Translations under genes and position numbers: made by a program | Shown here: positions 1 through 9,645 of the stretch, one piece after another | Numbering within the stretch: the stretch's first letter is position 1 | Layout of the letters: each line of letters opens with the position of its first letter | The notes under the pieces: model-generated | The model's input: the letters and a program-made list of their open reading frames with translations, nothing else | The model's database searches: none | What the model was told of the DNA's origin: nothing | NCBI GenBank assembly: GCA_016872355.1 | Contig: VGZY01000004.1 | Location: 15,688-79,687 of the forward strand | Length of the DNA: 64,000 nt | From: SAR202 cluster bacterium | GTDB taxonomy: Bacteria; Chloroflexota; Dehalococcoidia; Lucifugimonadales; VGZY01 | Reading direction: 5' to 3'

Positions 1-170
1 GAGATGCGGACTCCGGCGGGCAGTTGAGCGTGCTTCGGCACCCGGTCTGCCGGCGGGAAGAGCGCGGCCTCTTTGTACGGGATGCGCCACGGCTTTACCC
101 AGCCGTCGCCGTGCTCCAGCGATATCGCGCCCTGCCAGGTCAGCCTGGGCGAGTCTGCGGGTATGATCAT
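1..170 (-). CDS. Partial CDS (5' end only, continues past window start); possible SGNH/GDSL-type hydrolase N-terminus
   Basis: Minus-strand ATG at 168-170 opens MIIPADSPRLTWQGAISLEHGDGWVKPWRIPYKEAALFPP..., which runs off the window edge. The family call is from memory of similar N-termini and is weak. Confidence 0.35.
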   Translation of the reverse strand, partial: MIIPADSPRLTWQGAISLEHGDGWVKPWRIPYKEAALFPPADRVPKHAQLPAGVRI

Positions 171-228
171 ATCGGGCTGCTTTCTATTGCTTTCTTATCC
201 GGGACCTGTATGCGTCAGCGCCACAAGC

Positions 229-657
229 TCATCTCACAGTTACCGCACCCTCACGCCCCATCTCCTCACTCGGCCGGTAACGTTTGATGCTGCGGACCAT
301 GTGTATCTTGTCGAAATCTCCATCCAGAGCGTACAAAGGCAAATCGTTCTGGATGGCGAGGGTTGCGATTAACAGGTCTCCCAGAGCGACGCGCAGTCCC
401 CTCCGGTCAAGGGCGTGCGAGATCTCGCCGGCCAGTATCCAGGTCTCTCTATCGGCCTCAACGTACTTGAGAGCGCTCAGGAAGTCCCGGTAGAACCTGT
501 ACGACTTCTCATCCCGGGCGCCGCGAAGAAGTTCTGTCAGAACGGGCGCCACCAGAACAACCTCGTCTGCGGCCAGCAGGGTGTCAAAGGCCATCGCATC
601 CGGCGACTCCGGCAGCCTTTGGAAGTTTATCCATACGGAGGAATCGGCGACGATCAC
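229..657 (-). CDS. vapC: PIN-domain ribonuclease toxin (VapC family)
   Basis: 142-aa ORF with an N-terminal acidic motif (IVADSSVWINF) and PIN-like core (LLIATLAIQNDLPLYALDGDF). Its GTG start directly abuts the TAA of the upstream antitoxin ORF. Confidence 0.85.
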   Translation of the reverse strand: MIVADSSVWINFQRLPESPDAMAFDTLLAADEVVLVAPVLTELLRGARDEKSYRFYRDFLSALKYVEADRETWILAGEISHALDRRGLRVALGDLLIATLAIQNDLPLYALDGDFDKIHMVRSIKRYRPSEEMGREGAVTVR

Positions 658-894
658 TTAACTACCCCTCAGTTTGTCGAGCCGCTTCTGCCTTTCGATG
701 TCCACATCTCGATGCTCTCGCAGATCGTCCTTGAGCGAGTGCTCCTTGGCCAGCCTCCGGAGCGTATCGATCTTTTTGCGCCTCAGATACTCGCGCAGTA
801 TGGCTTCTACGGCTTTGCTCCTGGACTTCTCCCCGGTATCAGCTATGGCTTCATCCAGCAGCTTCTCATCAATATTCAGCGTGGTGCGCATCAA
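658..894 (-). CDS. vapB: VapB-type antitoxin (DUF2191-like, 'TTLNIDEKLLDEA' class)
   Basis: 78-aa ORF MMRTTLNIDEKLLDEAIADTGEKSRSKAVEAILREYL, immediately upstream of and abutting the PIN toxin. Confidence 0.8.
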   Translation of the reverse strand: MMRTTLNIDEKLLDEAIADTGEKSRSKAVEAILREYLRRKKIDTLRRLAKEHSLKDDLREHRDVDIERQKRLDKLRGS

Positions 895-929
895 GTCACC
901 TCATCACAAGTGTGCATCATTATTATACA

Positions 930-2074
<1,145 letters not shown>

Positions 2075-2078
<4 letters not shown>

Positions 2079-2266
2079 CTGTGCGCGGGCGTTTTTCTCT
2101 TTTGACGTTTGGCGATTGCTTCCTCGTGCTCACGCCTGAACTTCTCGTTAAGGTCTTTCCAGTACTTCAGTACTTCGTCCTCCGACAGACCTTCCAGATC
2201 CTTGCGGATGCTTTCGCCGCCTTTGTGCTGGAGTTCTACGGCCTCTATACGCTTAGTCCTTGCCAT
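2075..2266 (-). CDS. Small charged protein downstream of a PIN gene (candidate antitoxin/partner)
   Basis: 63 aa from ATG 2264-2266 (MARTKRIEAVELQHKGGESIRKDLEGLSEDEVLKYWKDL...), preceded by GGAGGTGG. It overlaps the PIN gene's 3' end by 14 nt, and its stop overlaps the carA ATG. Confidence 0.55.
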
Positions 2267-2714
2267 ATACCACCTCCAACGGGGAGAAAATCCCGATATT
2301 GCCATAGCCTTGCAATGTGTTGACTGCGTTATACAGCGGTATTTTGTCGTACTGAACGATATGTTTGAAGTTCCAGCTTACTATCATTCCACATCTTGAA
2401 ACCGTCGCTGCTGCAACATGAATTGCATCTTCCGCCCATTTCGTAGATACGACCCCGGCCCGAATATATGCTTCAGCTAACGCATTAACGCTCGGAGTAA
2501 TCTCGGCGAGCTCGAGCAGCTCACGCACTTCATCGAGTACCCCCTGAACATTCGGAGGGGCCGGCTCAAGTTCTTTGAGAACCAGAGTTGAAATGACTAG
2601 CTGAAACCGGCCGTCCGCTATTTGGGAGAAGAAACGGCTGCTTGCCTCATCAAAGCCCCTATCGTACGCTCCACCGAAGACGGATGTGTCTGCGTACACC
2701 CTTTTCTTCTCCAA
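2253..2714 (-). CDS. PIN-domain protein (VapC-like), toxin-first arrangement
   Basis: 153 aa. N-terminal VYADTSVFGG and C-terminal DAIHVAAATVSRCGMIVSWNFKH are typical of PIN nucleases. There is no antitoxin-sized ORF upstream; only 34 nt separate it from the next gene. Confidence 0.75.
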   Translation of the reverse strand: MEKKRVYADTSVFGGAYDRGFDEASSRFFSQIADGRFQLVISTLVLKELEPAPPNVQGVLDEVRELLELAEITPSVNALAEAYIRAGVVSTKWAEDAIHVAAATVSRCGMIVSWNFKHIVQYDKIPLYNAVNTLQGYGNIGIFSPLEVVYGKD

Positions 2715-2748
2715 AGACCACCTGCACTTTCTTTTAGCCCGGTTAACA

Positions 2749-3462
2749 TCACACCTCGCCCAGTATCTTCGCCAGCTCGGCCGGCGCTGACAGGAACGGC
2801 GAGTGGCCGGTGTTCATTGTATAGACCTTCTTGCACGGAGTGGCGGTGTACATGTTTTTCTGGAAGGACGGCATGATCGCGAAGTCCTGGAGGCATTCTA
2901 TGTACACGCGCGGAACGCGGCCGAAGTTCTGGTCGGTGACGCGCACCCTGTCGCCGCGCGGGCCGGTCGGCTCCGGCTGGAGCAGCTTCTGCGCCCTCGC
3001 GACGTCCTCGTCCGCGCAGTCCTGGTAGAAGACGCCCTTCACCTTCGAGACGTCGATGTTAATCGTCACGCCGTCCGGGTTGGGGGAGACGATCGGCCGC
3101 AGCCTCGAGGGCTCATTCTTCGCCGTGACCTCTGGGACCGACTCGCCGTCCCTGAGCAGGTGCGCGGTCAGGTAGACCAGCGTCTTGATCCTGTCCGGCC
3201 TGGCCTCCGCGACGCCGGAGATCGTGATTCCCGCCAGGCTGTGGCCCACAAGCACTACCTTCTCGGGCAGCGAGTCCAGGGCCTGCACTACCTTGTCGAC
3301 GTTATGCTTGATCAGCAACCCGGCCGGCGGCGTCCTGTCCTTCCCGTGCGCCGGCAGGTCCACGGCGATGGCCTTGTGGCCCGCCTTCTCCAGGTAGGGT
3401 ATGAACTTGTCCCAGCACCACGCGCCGTGAAACGCGCCGTGCACCAGCACGTAAGTAGCCAT
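2749..3462 (-). CDS. Alpha/beta-fold hydrolase (SABP2/esterase-like)
   Basis: 237 aa. YVLVHGAFHGAWCWDK N-terminus and nucleophile elbow VLVGHSLAG. Confidence 0.8.
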   Translation of the reverse strand: MATYVLVHGAFHGAWCWDKFIPYLEKAGHKAIAVDLPAHGKDRTPPAGLLIKHNVDKVVQALDSLPEKVVLVGHSLAGITISGVAEARPDRIKTLVYLTAHLLRDGESVPEVTAKNEPSRLRPIVSPNPDGVTINIDVSKVKGVFYQDCADEDVARAQKLLQPEPTGPRGDRVRVTDQNFGRVPRVYIECLQDFAIMPSFQKNMYTATPCKKVYTMNTGHSPFLSAPAELAKILGEV

Positions 3463-3488
3463 TCAAACGCTCCGCCTTCTAGTCTTCC

Positions 3489-3613
3489 TTCTCTCCCCGA
3501 GGGAGAGGCCTTTGCTGCTCTGAGCAAAGGGTGAGGGCTCAGGCTGTCTGCCCCCTTCTTACCTCTCCCTTGACGGGAGAGGTCTTCGGCGCCCTGGCCG
3601 AAGGGTGAGGGTG
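3489..3613. repeat. Two tandem copies of the double-hairpin repeat module
   Basis: Copy 1 (3489-3539): CTCTCCCC-GA-GGGAGAGG, CCTTTGCTGCTCTGAGCAAAGG, GTGAGGG. Copy 2 (3562-3613): CCTCTCCC-TTGAC-GGGAGAGG, TCTTCGGCGCCCTGGCCGAAGG, GTGAGGGTG. Confidence 0.9.
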
Positions 3614-3631
3614 ACGGCTGCTGCGCCTGTT

Positions 3632-3647
3632 CCCCAGTCCCCAGTCC
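3632..3647. repeat. Heptamer tandem repeat CCCCAGT x2 (+ degenerate unit) abutting the pyrC stop codon
   Basis: tCCCCAGTCCCCAGTCCCTAg; the TAG stop of pyrC (3648-3650, minus strand) is the next triplet. Confidence 0.8.
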
Positions 3648-4970
3648 CTAGCCCCCAAAGACCACCTGCCCGCTGTAAACCGTTGCGGCCACCTTGCCCT
3701 TGAGCGTCGCGCCGTCAAGTGGCGTGTTCTTGCCCTTGGATGCGAACTGCTTTGCGTCCACCTTCCACTCGGCGTCCGGGTCGAAGATGGTCACGTCCGC
3801 GGGCGCCCCTGCCTTCAGCGTGCCGAGGTTCCTGCCCAGGAACTTCGCCGGCGCGACAGTCAGCTTCTCGATAAGCAGCGGCAGCGGCATGCCGCCGGAG
3901 TGCACCAGCGTCATGAGCAGTCCGAGCGTCGTCTCCAGGTTGCTGATGCCGTTAGCGGCCTCGTCGAACGTGCACTGCTTGTCCGTGCGGCTGTGCGGCG
4001 CGTGGTCGGTCGCGATGAAGTCCACAACGCCGTCCTTGAGCGCCTTTACCATCGCGGCAACATCCTCGCGTCCCCGCAGCGGCGGCGAGACGCGCGCGCT
4101 GGTGTCGTACGACGCCGTCGTGAGCGGGTCGAACCGCTTGCCTATGTTCGCGTAGCCCAGCACCGTCTCGTCCGGCAGCGTGAGGTGGTGCGGCGTTACC
4201 TCGCACGTCACGCTCAGGCCGCGCTCCTTCGCGCGCTTCACTATCTCCACGGTGCCCGACGTGCTTGCGTGGGCGACGTGCAGCCTGCCGCCGGTGATTT
4301 CCGCCAGCGAGACGTCGCGCGCCGCCATCGCCTCCTCTGACGAGCGGGGTATTCCGCGCAGGCCGAGGCGCGTGGCCACCCACCCTTCGTTCATGACGCC
4401 CGCGCCTGACAGCTCCTTCACTTCGCAGTGGTTGATGATCGGCAGCCCCAGGCCGGAGGCGTAGCTGAGCGCCTGGCGCATCACGTTGGCGTCGCCCACA
4501 GGGTGGCCGTCGTCGCTGAAGCCGATGACGCCGGACTTCGCCATCTCGCCCATCTCGGCCAGCTCGGCGCCCTTGCTACCCTTCGTCACCGCGCCGATGG
4601 GCAGGACGCGCACGACGCCCTCTTCCTTCGCGCGGCGGTTGACGAAGTCCACTATCGAGCTGTTGTCCATGACCGGGTTGGTGTTCGGCATCGCGCAAAG
4701 GGTGGTGAAGCCGCCGCGTGCCGCCGCCAGCGTGCCGCTCGCGATCGTCTCCTTGTACTCCAGCCCCGGCTCGCGGAGATGGCAGTGGAGGTCAATGAAG
4801 CCCGGGCACACGATCAGCCTCTGCGCGTCGATTACCTTTGCGCCCGCAGGCGGGTTGATCCGCGCGTCGATGCCGGTGATGACGCCGTTCTCGATGAGCA
4901 GGTCCGCGATCTTGTCGATGTTCTGCGACGGGTCGACGATGCGCCCGCCGGAGATGAGAATGGGGGTCAT
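3648..4970 (-). CDS. pyrC: Dihydroorotase
   Basis: 440 aa. Cyclic amidohydrolase motifs PGFIDLHCHLREPG and IATDHAPH. Located in the pyr operon context. Confidence 0.92.
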   Translation of the reverse strand: MTPILISGGRIVDPSQNIDKIADLLIENGVITGIDARINPPAGAKVIDAQRLIVCPGFIDLHCHLREPGLEYKETIASGTLAAARGGFTTLCAMPNTNPVMDNSSIVDFVNRRAKEEGVVRVLPIGAVTKGSKGAELAEMGEMAKSGVIGFSDDGHPVGDANVMRQALSYASGLGLPIINHCEVKELSGAGVMNEGWVATRLGLRGIPRSSEEAMAARDVSLAEITGGRLHVAHASTSGTVEIVKRAKERGLSVTCEVTPHHLTLPDETVLGYANIGKRFDPLTTASYDTSARVSPPLRGREDVAAMVKALKDGVVDFIATDHAPHSRTDKQCTFDEAANGISNLETTLGLLMTLVHSGGMPLPLLIEKLTVAPAKFLGRNLGTLKAGAPADVTIFDPDAEWKVDAKQFASKGKNTPLDGATLKGKVAATVYSGQVVFGG

Positions 4971-4974
4971 GTGG

Positions 4975-6024
4975 CTACTTTCCTCCGTGGGCCGGGGTGA
5001 CCAGCGTGTAGAGTATCGCCATGCGCACGGCGACGCCGTTCGTGACCTGCTCCTCGATCACCGAGGCCGCGCCGTGCGCTACCTCCGGGTCGATCTCCAC
5101 GCCCTCGTTTATGGGGCCCGGGTGCATGACAAGCGCATTCGGCTTTGCCAGCTTCATCCGGCGCGGGTTGATGCCCCAGATCCGCGAGTACTCGCGCAGC
5201 GTGGGCAGGTGGCCGGCCTTCATGCGCTCAAGCTGCAGGCGCAGCGCCATGACCACGTCCGCGCCCTCCAGCGCCTTTTCGACGTTGTTCTCGATCTTCA
5301 CGCCGGCGAAGGGGTGCCCCTTCTGCCTTTTGGCGCCGTTCAGGAAGTCCGGCGGCAGGAGCGTCGGCGGCGCGCACAGCGTCACGTCCGCGCCCATCTT
5401 CGTCAGCCCCCACAGGTTGGACCGCGCCACCCTGCTGTACAGGATATCGCCGACGATGACCACCTTCACGCCCTTGATCTTGCCCAGGTGCTGCTGGATG
5501 GTGAACATGTCCAGCAGCGCCTGCGTGGGGTGCGCGTGCGCGCCGTCGCCGGCGTTGATGACGCTGGCGTCCAGGTGCCTGGCCAGGAAGTGCGGCGCGC
5601 CCGAGTGCGGGTGGCGGATGACGATCATGTCCGCGTTCATCGCCTGCAGCGTCAGCGCCGTATCGTAGAGCGTCTCGCCCTTCTCCACGCTGCTCCCGCT
5701 GGAGGAGACGTTGATGACGTCCGCGCTGAGAATCTTCCCCGCTTGCTCGAACGATGCGCGGGTGCGTGTGCTGGCCTCGTAGAAGAGCGTGAAGATGCTC
5801 TTGCCGCGCAGCGTGGGCACCTTGCGGATGGCCCGCTGCTGAACCTCGCGCATTGCGACGGCGTTCTGAAGAACGTCGTCGACCTCCTGCGGCGTAAAGT
5901 CGTCCAGGTCCAGCACGTGGCGCCTGCCCGCCTGGGGCCGCGCGTTCGGGTTGATCGTCTGCACGCCGGCCACCCGGCTTGCTGCGGCTTGCGATGATGT
6001 CCCTTGAAGGGTCATGCCTCTCAT
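4975..6024 (-). CDS. pyrB: Aspartate carbamoyltransferase catalytic subunit
   Basis: 349 aa. Motifs [13 protein letters not shown] and [10 protein letters not shown]. Its ATG overlaps the pyrR TGA (ATGA), which supports the long N-terminus, but a later start cannot be excluded. Confidence 0.9.
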   Translation of the reverse strand: MRGMTLQGTSSQAAASRVAGVQTINPNARPQAGRRHVLDLDDFTPQEVDDVLQNAVAMREVQQRAIRKVPTLRGKSIFTLFYEASTRTRASFEQAGKILSADVINVSSSGSSVEKGETLYDTALTLQAMNADMIVIRHPHSGAPHFLARHLDASVINAGDGAHAHPTQALLDMFTIQQHLGKIKGVKVVIVGDILYSRVARSNLWGLTKMGADVTLCAPPTLLPPDFLNGAKRQKGHPFAGVKIENNVEKALEGADVVMALRLQLERMKAGHLPTLREYSRIWGINPRRMKLAKPNALVMHPGPINEGVEIDPEVAHGAASVIEEQVTNGVAVRMAILYTLVTPAHGGK

Positions 6025-6566
6025 CTCCTTTGGATCAGGACCTCGTCCACGCCGTCGAGCTCCTGCACGCGGACCTTCACTTCCTCTTCCATCGAGGTCG
6101 GCACGTTCTTGCCCACGTAGTCCGCCCTTATGGGCAGCTCCCGGTGGCCGCGGTCTATCAGCACCGCTAGCTGGATACGGCGTGGCCTGCCGAAGTCGTT
6201 CAGCGCGTCCATCGCGGCGCGGATGGAGCGGCCGGTGAACAGCACGTCGTCCACCAGCACCACCAGCCTTCCCTCGATGGCCACCGGTATGTGCGTGGGC
6301 CGCATGATGGGCCTGCCGCCGGTGGAAAGGTCGTCGCGGTAAAGGCCGATATCCAGCGACCCCACCGGCGGGTCCGCGTCCTCGAACTCGCTGATCAGAG
6401 TCGCCAGCCTGCGCGCGATGGGCACGCCGCGCGAGTGCAGCCCCACCAGGACGATATCCTTCGCCCCGCCGGTGCGCTCCAGCACCTCGTGCGCGATGCG
6501 CGTCATCGCCCGCCGCACCTGGTCGGCGTCCATAATCTGCCGTGTTTCAACCGCCTGCTCGGTCAT
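6021..6566 (-). CDS. pyrR: Bifunctional pyr operon regulator / uracil phosphoribosyltransferase PyrR
   Basis: 181 aa from ATG 6564-6566 ([28 protein letters not shown]...), with PRTase motif [17 protein letters not shown]. The longer 249-aa ORF in the track would read through a terminator and a repeat, so it is rejected. Confidence 0.9.
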   Translation of the reverse strand: MTEQAVETRQIMDADQVRRAMTRIAHEVLERTGGAKDIVLVGLHSRGVPIARRLATLISEFEDADPPVGSLDIGLYRDDLSTGGRPIMRPTHIPVAIEGRLVVLVDDVLFTGRSIRAAMDALNDFGRPRRIQLAVLIDRGHRELPIRADYVGKNVPTSMEEEVKVRVQELDGVDEVLIQRR

Positions 6567-6570
6567 AACC

Positions 6571-6616
6571 TCTCTCCCTAACCCTCTCCCCTGAGAGGGG
6601 AGAGGGGATAAGAGGG
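6571..6616. repeat. Short-form hairpin repeat (CTCTCCCC-TGAG-AGGGGAGAG flanked by CCCTAACC)
   Basis: Lies between the pyr attenuator terminator and the pyrR start codon. Same subfamily as 32296-32345; both translate as [10 protein letters not shown] in one frame. Confidence 0.8.
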
Positions 6617-6619
6617 CAC

Positions 6620-6745
6620 AAAAAAACCTCTCGCCGTTGAGGTTGTGGCAAGAGGCTACTGCGGCCCGCGCCGCGCATGGCAACGCCGGTAAGTACCCGC
6701 GCGCCCGCTTCGTATTAGCCTTGCCAGCCTCTCGGGACTGACTTA
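6620..6745 (-). promoter_or_regulatory. PyrR-dependent transcription attenuator (binding loop + intrinsic terminator)
   Basis: The minus-strand RNA contains CAGUCCCGAGAGGCUGG (6726-6739 region), matching the PyrR binding-loop consensus remembered as AGUCCAGAGAGGCU. Downstream is the hairpin CCUCUUGCC-N11-GGCGAGAGG followed by U7 (6620-6657). Confidence 0.8.
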
Positions 6746-6773
6746 AAGGACCGTTGTCAGAGTCACTCACTCA

Positions 6774-6803
6774 AGTATACGCGGTCCCACCCCCACCCTT
6801 CAA
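6774..6803 (-). promoter_or_regulatory. Sigma70-like promoter of the pyr operon
   Basis: Minus strand: TTGAAG (6798-6803), 18-nt spacer, TATACT (6774-6779), about 30 nt upstream of the PyrR binding loop. Confidence 0.6.
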
Positions 6804-6829
6804 GGCGGGCGGGCGGCCGATTCGCCCGA

Positions 6830-6870
6830 GAACAGACATAGCGGACCAACCGGTCCGCCCTGTCTGTTCT
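6830..6870 (-). terminator. Long hairpin downstream of the DUF1761 gene (possible terminator, no U-tract)
   Basis: GAACAGACAGGGCGGACC-GGTT-GGTCCGCTATGTCTGTTC on the minus strand, preceded by a CAACTAC-type heptamer array (6878-6905). Confidence 0.4.
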
Positions 6871-6905
6871 TGCCAACTACCAACTTCTAACTACCAACTG
6901 CCCTC

Positions 6906-7328
6906 TTATTGCCAGAGCGTCAGCAGCACCGTCACGATGATTATCATCACGACGGAGTAGCCGGCCGTTATCACCCAGTGGGGCGGAGTCTTGTACTCGA
7001 ACGCGTAGTTCGTCGCGATGCTCGTCGCCACCAGGCCGATGCCGGTCACCGCGCCGATCTTGATGCCGCCCATTAGTTTGGAGGCGTCCAGGGCCTCCAC
7101 CAGCGAGGCCAGCGACAGCGTGATAACGGTCGCGCACACCACCGCGACCACGTAGGGCATCCACGACTTCGTCGTCCCTTTGTACGTGCCGATCTGCTCC
7201 TTCGTAATCCCCGTCTCCGCCATCCAGGGCTTTGCCCACACGCCGTACCAGGCCATGCCGCCCACCATGAACAAAACAATTCCCGCCGCTATTGCCAGAA
7301 AGTTCAGGTCCGAGATCTCAAACGGCAT
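6906..7328 (-). CDS. DUF1761-like small membrane protein
   Basis: 140 aa from MPFEISDLNFLAIAAGIVLFMVGGMAWYG..., with four hydrophobic segments. The start is chosen at the second ATG. Confidence 0.6.
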   Translation of the reverse strand: MPFEISDLNFLAIAAGIVLFMVGGMAWYGVWAKPWMAETGITKEQIGTYKGTTKSWMPYVVAVVCATVITLSLASLVEALDASKLMGGIKIGAVTGIGLVATSIATNYAFEYKTPPHWVITAGYSVVMIIIVTVLLTLWQ

Positions 7329-7448
7329 ACAGAGCTCCTTTGCTTCACTTCCTTTGACATCCACGCCGAGCGTCGACACCGATAACGGAAGTGGATTCTA
7401 CAGTCGAATCGCTGCAAAATCTAGGGGGCCTGCGGCGTATCGGGGAAT

Positions 7449-8114
7449 CTATAGGGGGCCGAACAGTGTATTCAGTAAAGAACTGTCGACGATCTCCATC
7501 GACTCGATCCGGAGGTCGGCGCGGGAGAGGTCCATGTACGCCGTCGACTGGCTCGGCACGGCGATGCAGTACATCCCCGCCCGCTTCGCGGACCGCGCCC
7601 CCGTGGGCGAGTCCTCCAGCGCCAGGCACAGCGACGGCGCCACGCCAAGGGCGGCTGCCGCCTTCAGGTACGGCTCGGGGTCCGGCTTGTGGCGCGCAAC
7701 GTCCTCCGCGGCAACCACCGCCGCAAAGTACCCCCGCAGGCCAAGCTGCGCCGAGGCTGTCTCAACGTACGACCGCGTGCCGGATGTGACCAGCGCGCAA
7801 GGCACGCGCCGCTCCGCCAGCCTGTCCAAAAGGCGGCGGACGCCTGGGCGTGGCTGGAGCTGCGTCCGGACAAGCTCGTCGAAATACCGGTCCCGGGCGG
7901 AGAGCAGCGCACGCCCGTCGGGTATGCCGTAGTCCCGTGCGATGGCCAGCATCGTCGCCTCCACCGTCCCCCCGATATACCGCTCGCCGTCCGCCTGCGT
8001 GTACGCGATGCCGTGGCCAGCCATTGCAAGCCGCGTCGACTCGAAGTGCAGCGGCTCGGAGTCAACCGTTAGCCCGTCGAAGTCGAAGCACGCCGCGCGA
8101 AGATAGTTGGCCAT
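7449..8114 (-). CDS. HAD-IA family hydrolase (beta-phosphoglucomutase/phosphatase-like)
   Basis: 221 aa from MANYLRAACFDFDGLTVDSE (DxDG motif I), with later VTSG and EDSPTGARSAKRAGM motifs. Confidence 0.8.
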   Translation of the reverse strand: MANYLRAACFDFDGLTVDSEPLHFESTRLAMAGHGIAYTQADGERYIGGTVEATMLAIARDYGIPDGRALLSARDRYFDELVRTQLQPRPGVRRLLDRLAERRVPCALVTSGTRSYVETASAQLGLRGYFAAVVAAEDVARHKPDPEPYLKAAAALGVAPSLCLALEDSPTGARSAKRAGMYCIAVPSQSTAYMDLSRADLRIESMEIVDSSLLNTLFGPL

Positions 8115-8196
8115 TGGTTCTCGCAATTGCAGGGATCTCGATGACAGGAAGCGGTGGACGCTTCTTTCGACGCGCAAATGTCTCAGCCCACCGATG

Positions 8197-8535
8197 TCAC
8201 ACCAGTCCGAGACTTCTGCGCAGAGCCTCGTCAACCTCCAGCATCTTCTCAAAAGGAAGATTGCCGATCTGTGCGCCTAATTCTGTCTGGTTTACTGTTT
8301 GTATTTGTTCGCACAAGACGAGGCCGTCCAATCGCAACCCGCTTTCAAGTGCGGTAAACGGCACATGAAATGGGTATGGCCGAGATTTCGACTGAGACGT
8401 TATGGCGGCGACGATAGTAGTTCTACTTGTCCTGTTGCCAGCATCGTTTTGAATAATGAGCACCGGCCGTCTACCGCCTTGCACAGTGCCGCTCGTCCGG
8501 CGTTCGAGCCAGTTAATGTCACCGCGTCTTATCAA
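8197..8535 (-). CDS. mazF: MazF/PemK-family endoribonuclease toxin
   Basis: 112 aa. RRGDINWL..GRRPVLIIQND...AAITSQ is typical of PemK/MazF. It overlaps the upstream RHH antitoxin by 17 nt. Confidence 0.85.
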   Translation of the reverse strand: MIRRGDINWLERRTSGTVQGGRRPVLIIQNDAGNRTSRTTIVAAITSQSKSRPYPFHVPFTALESGLRLDGLVLCEQIQTVNQTELGAQIGNLPFEKMLEVDEALRRSLGLV

Positions 8536-8800
8536 CTGGCCCTTCTTCCCACACAGTATTGTTGAAGATCATGTCCTGGGCGTAAGGGAACGATTCCGCA
8601 GCCAAACGCTGATTTTCCTCCGCCATTTCTTTATAGCCTTCCTCCATCAGCGCATAGATACGGGCCTTCTCCTCCTTCTCCAACAGGTCTGCGATAACCC
8701 CGCTGCGTGTAGTGTCTCGCTCCCTGGCAAGCCTATCAGCTACCTCCAACAGCTCTTTCCGAAGACTGATAGTAACCTTTGCCGTTGTGCTTTGCGCCAT
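8519..8800 (-). CDS. Ribbon-helix-helix (CopG/MazE-like) antitoxin
   Basis: 93 aa. AKVTISLRKELLEVADRLARERDTTRSGVIADLL is an RHH N-terminus. Positioned upstream of mazF. Confidence 0.75.
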   Translation of the reverse strand: MAQSTTAKVTISLRKELLEVADRLARERDTTRSGVIADLLEKEEKARIYALMEEGYKEMAEENQRLAAESFPYAQDMIFNNTVWEEGPVDKTR

Positions 8801-8867
8801 TTCACACCTCCACCGTAAATCTTGTCATACCAATAGTATGAACGCAAGTATGGCCAAGCAGGAATAC

Positions 8868-9335
8868 TCAGACAAGAATGAGTTCAGGAAAGTACGTGCG
8901 GTAGTACCCGCGATCCCTGGTGAGTAAACGGTCGGCGTGGACAATAGCGTGGGCGCCTATCTGGAAATCGGCCAGCACGTGTTGCCGCTGGGCCAGCGGC
9001 GAATTGCAGCTGACGCAACTGACGGCGGCCATTGCTCCGCAGGAGGCACAAATCATCCTGGAAGGCCGGCGCTGCCTGTAGGACTGCCACGCCTTGCCGG
9101 CCAGGAAGAGTGCTTCCGCGCCCGATCGATGTACCCGTATGCTGGCCTCTGAAAGGAACTCCTCCAGGTCGTTCACCTGAGAAAAGTTCGCGGCGAGCTC
9201 TGAATAGACCGGTTCGGAAATAATCGTCGCGCCAGAGCGCGCGGCATCTTCGAGAAGTTGCTCGGAGGAGTCTCCGTGAGGTGCGCCGGAAATCAGTACA
9301 TCCAGCACGATATTGGTGTCGATCGCGGTGATCAT
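8868..9335 (-). CDS. vapC: PIN-domain toxin with an inserted CxxC...CxxC zinc-ribbon-like segment
   Basis: 155 aa. PIN N-terminus ITAIDTNIVLDVL and C-terminus DFQIGAHAIVHADRLLTRD. The internal MICASCGAMAAVSCVSCNS carries four Cys. Its start overlaps the antitoxin stop (TAATG). Confidence 0.8.
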   Translation of the reverse strand: MITAIDTNIVLDVLISGAPHGDSSEQLLEDAARSGATIISEPVYSELAANFSQVNDLEEFLSEASIRVHRSGAEALFLAGKAWQSYRQRRPSRMICASCGAMAAVSCVSCNSPLAQRQHVLADFQIGAHAIVHADRLLTRDRGYYRTYFPELILV

Positions 9336-9559
9336 TACCCGCGCATCTCCCTGACAAGCTCATCCGGGTCCTGCCCGGCCAGGTGCTTCAGGTAACCACG
9401 GTACTTCTTGAGGTGCCCGGGTGGCACTTTCTTCCGGACCATCATATTGCCGCGCTCAGAAATGAACTCGAGCTCATCGCCCTCACGCAGGCCCAAAGCC
9501 TCACGGACTTCCTTGGGAACGGTAATCTGCCCCTTCGTGGTAAGTTTTGCGCTTGTCAC
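9335..9559 (-). CDS. AbrB/MazE/SpoVT-type antitoxin
   Basis: 74 aa. KLTTKGQITVPKEVREALGLREGDELEF is the swapped-hairpin AbrB fold signature. Confidence 0.85.
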   Translation of the reverse strand: MTSAKLTTKGQITVPKEVREALGLREGDELEFISERGNMMVRKKVPPGHLKKYRGYLKHLAGQDPDELVREMRG

Positions 9560-9645
9560 GTCTGCTTCTCCGGAAGGAATATGCTCCGTGACACATTGTA
9601 AGGCAAATATGTAAGGAAATCCATTCCGTCAATTCGTGCGATCCC

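Noticed and set aside
24-372. Plus-strand ORFs 24-287 and 73-372 at the window start
   Set aside because: They overlap the minus-strand partial hydrolase gene and vapC, and they have no motifs or RBS.
4486-5997. 503-aa plus-strand ORF. Similar long ORFs at 15847-17148, 9700-11115, 22251-23372, 37643-38794, 55168-56574 and 60860-61969.
   Set aside because: All are antisense or out of frame relative to genes with clear catalytic motifs. Their Arg/Ala/Pro-rich translations carry no recognisable domains.
6567-6770. N-terminal extension of pyrR (249-aa ORF)
   Set aside because: The extension would translate through a hairpin repeat, a U7 terminator and the PyrR binding loop. The PyrR homology begins at MTEQAV (6566).
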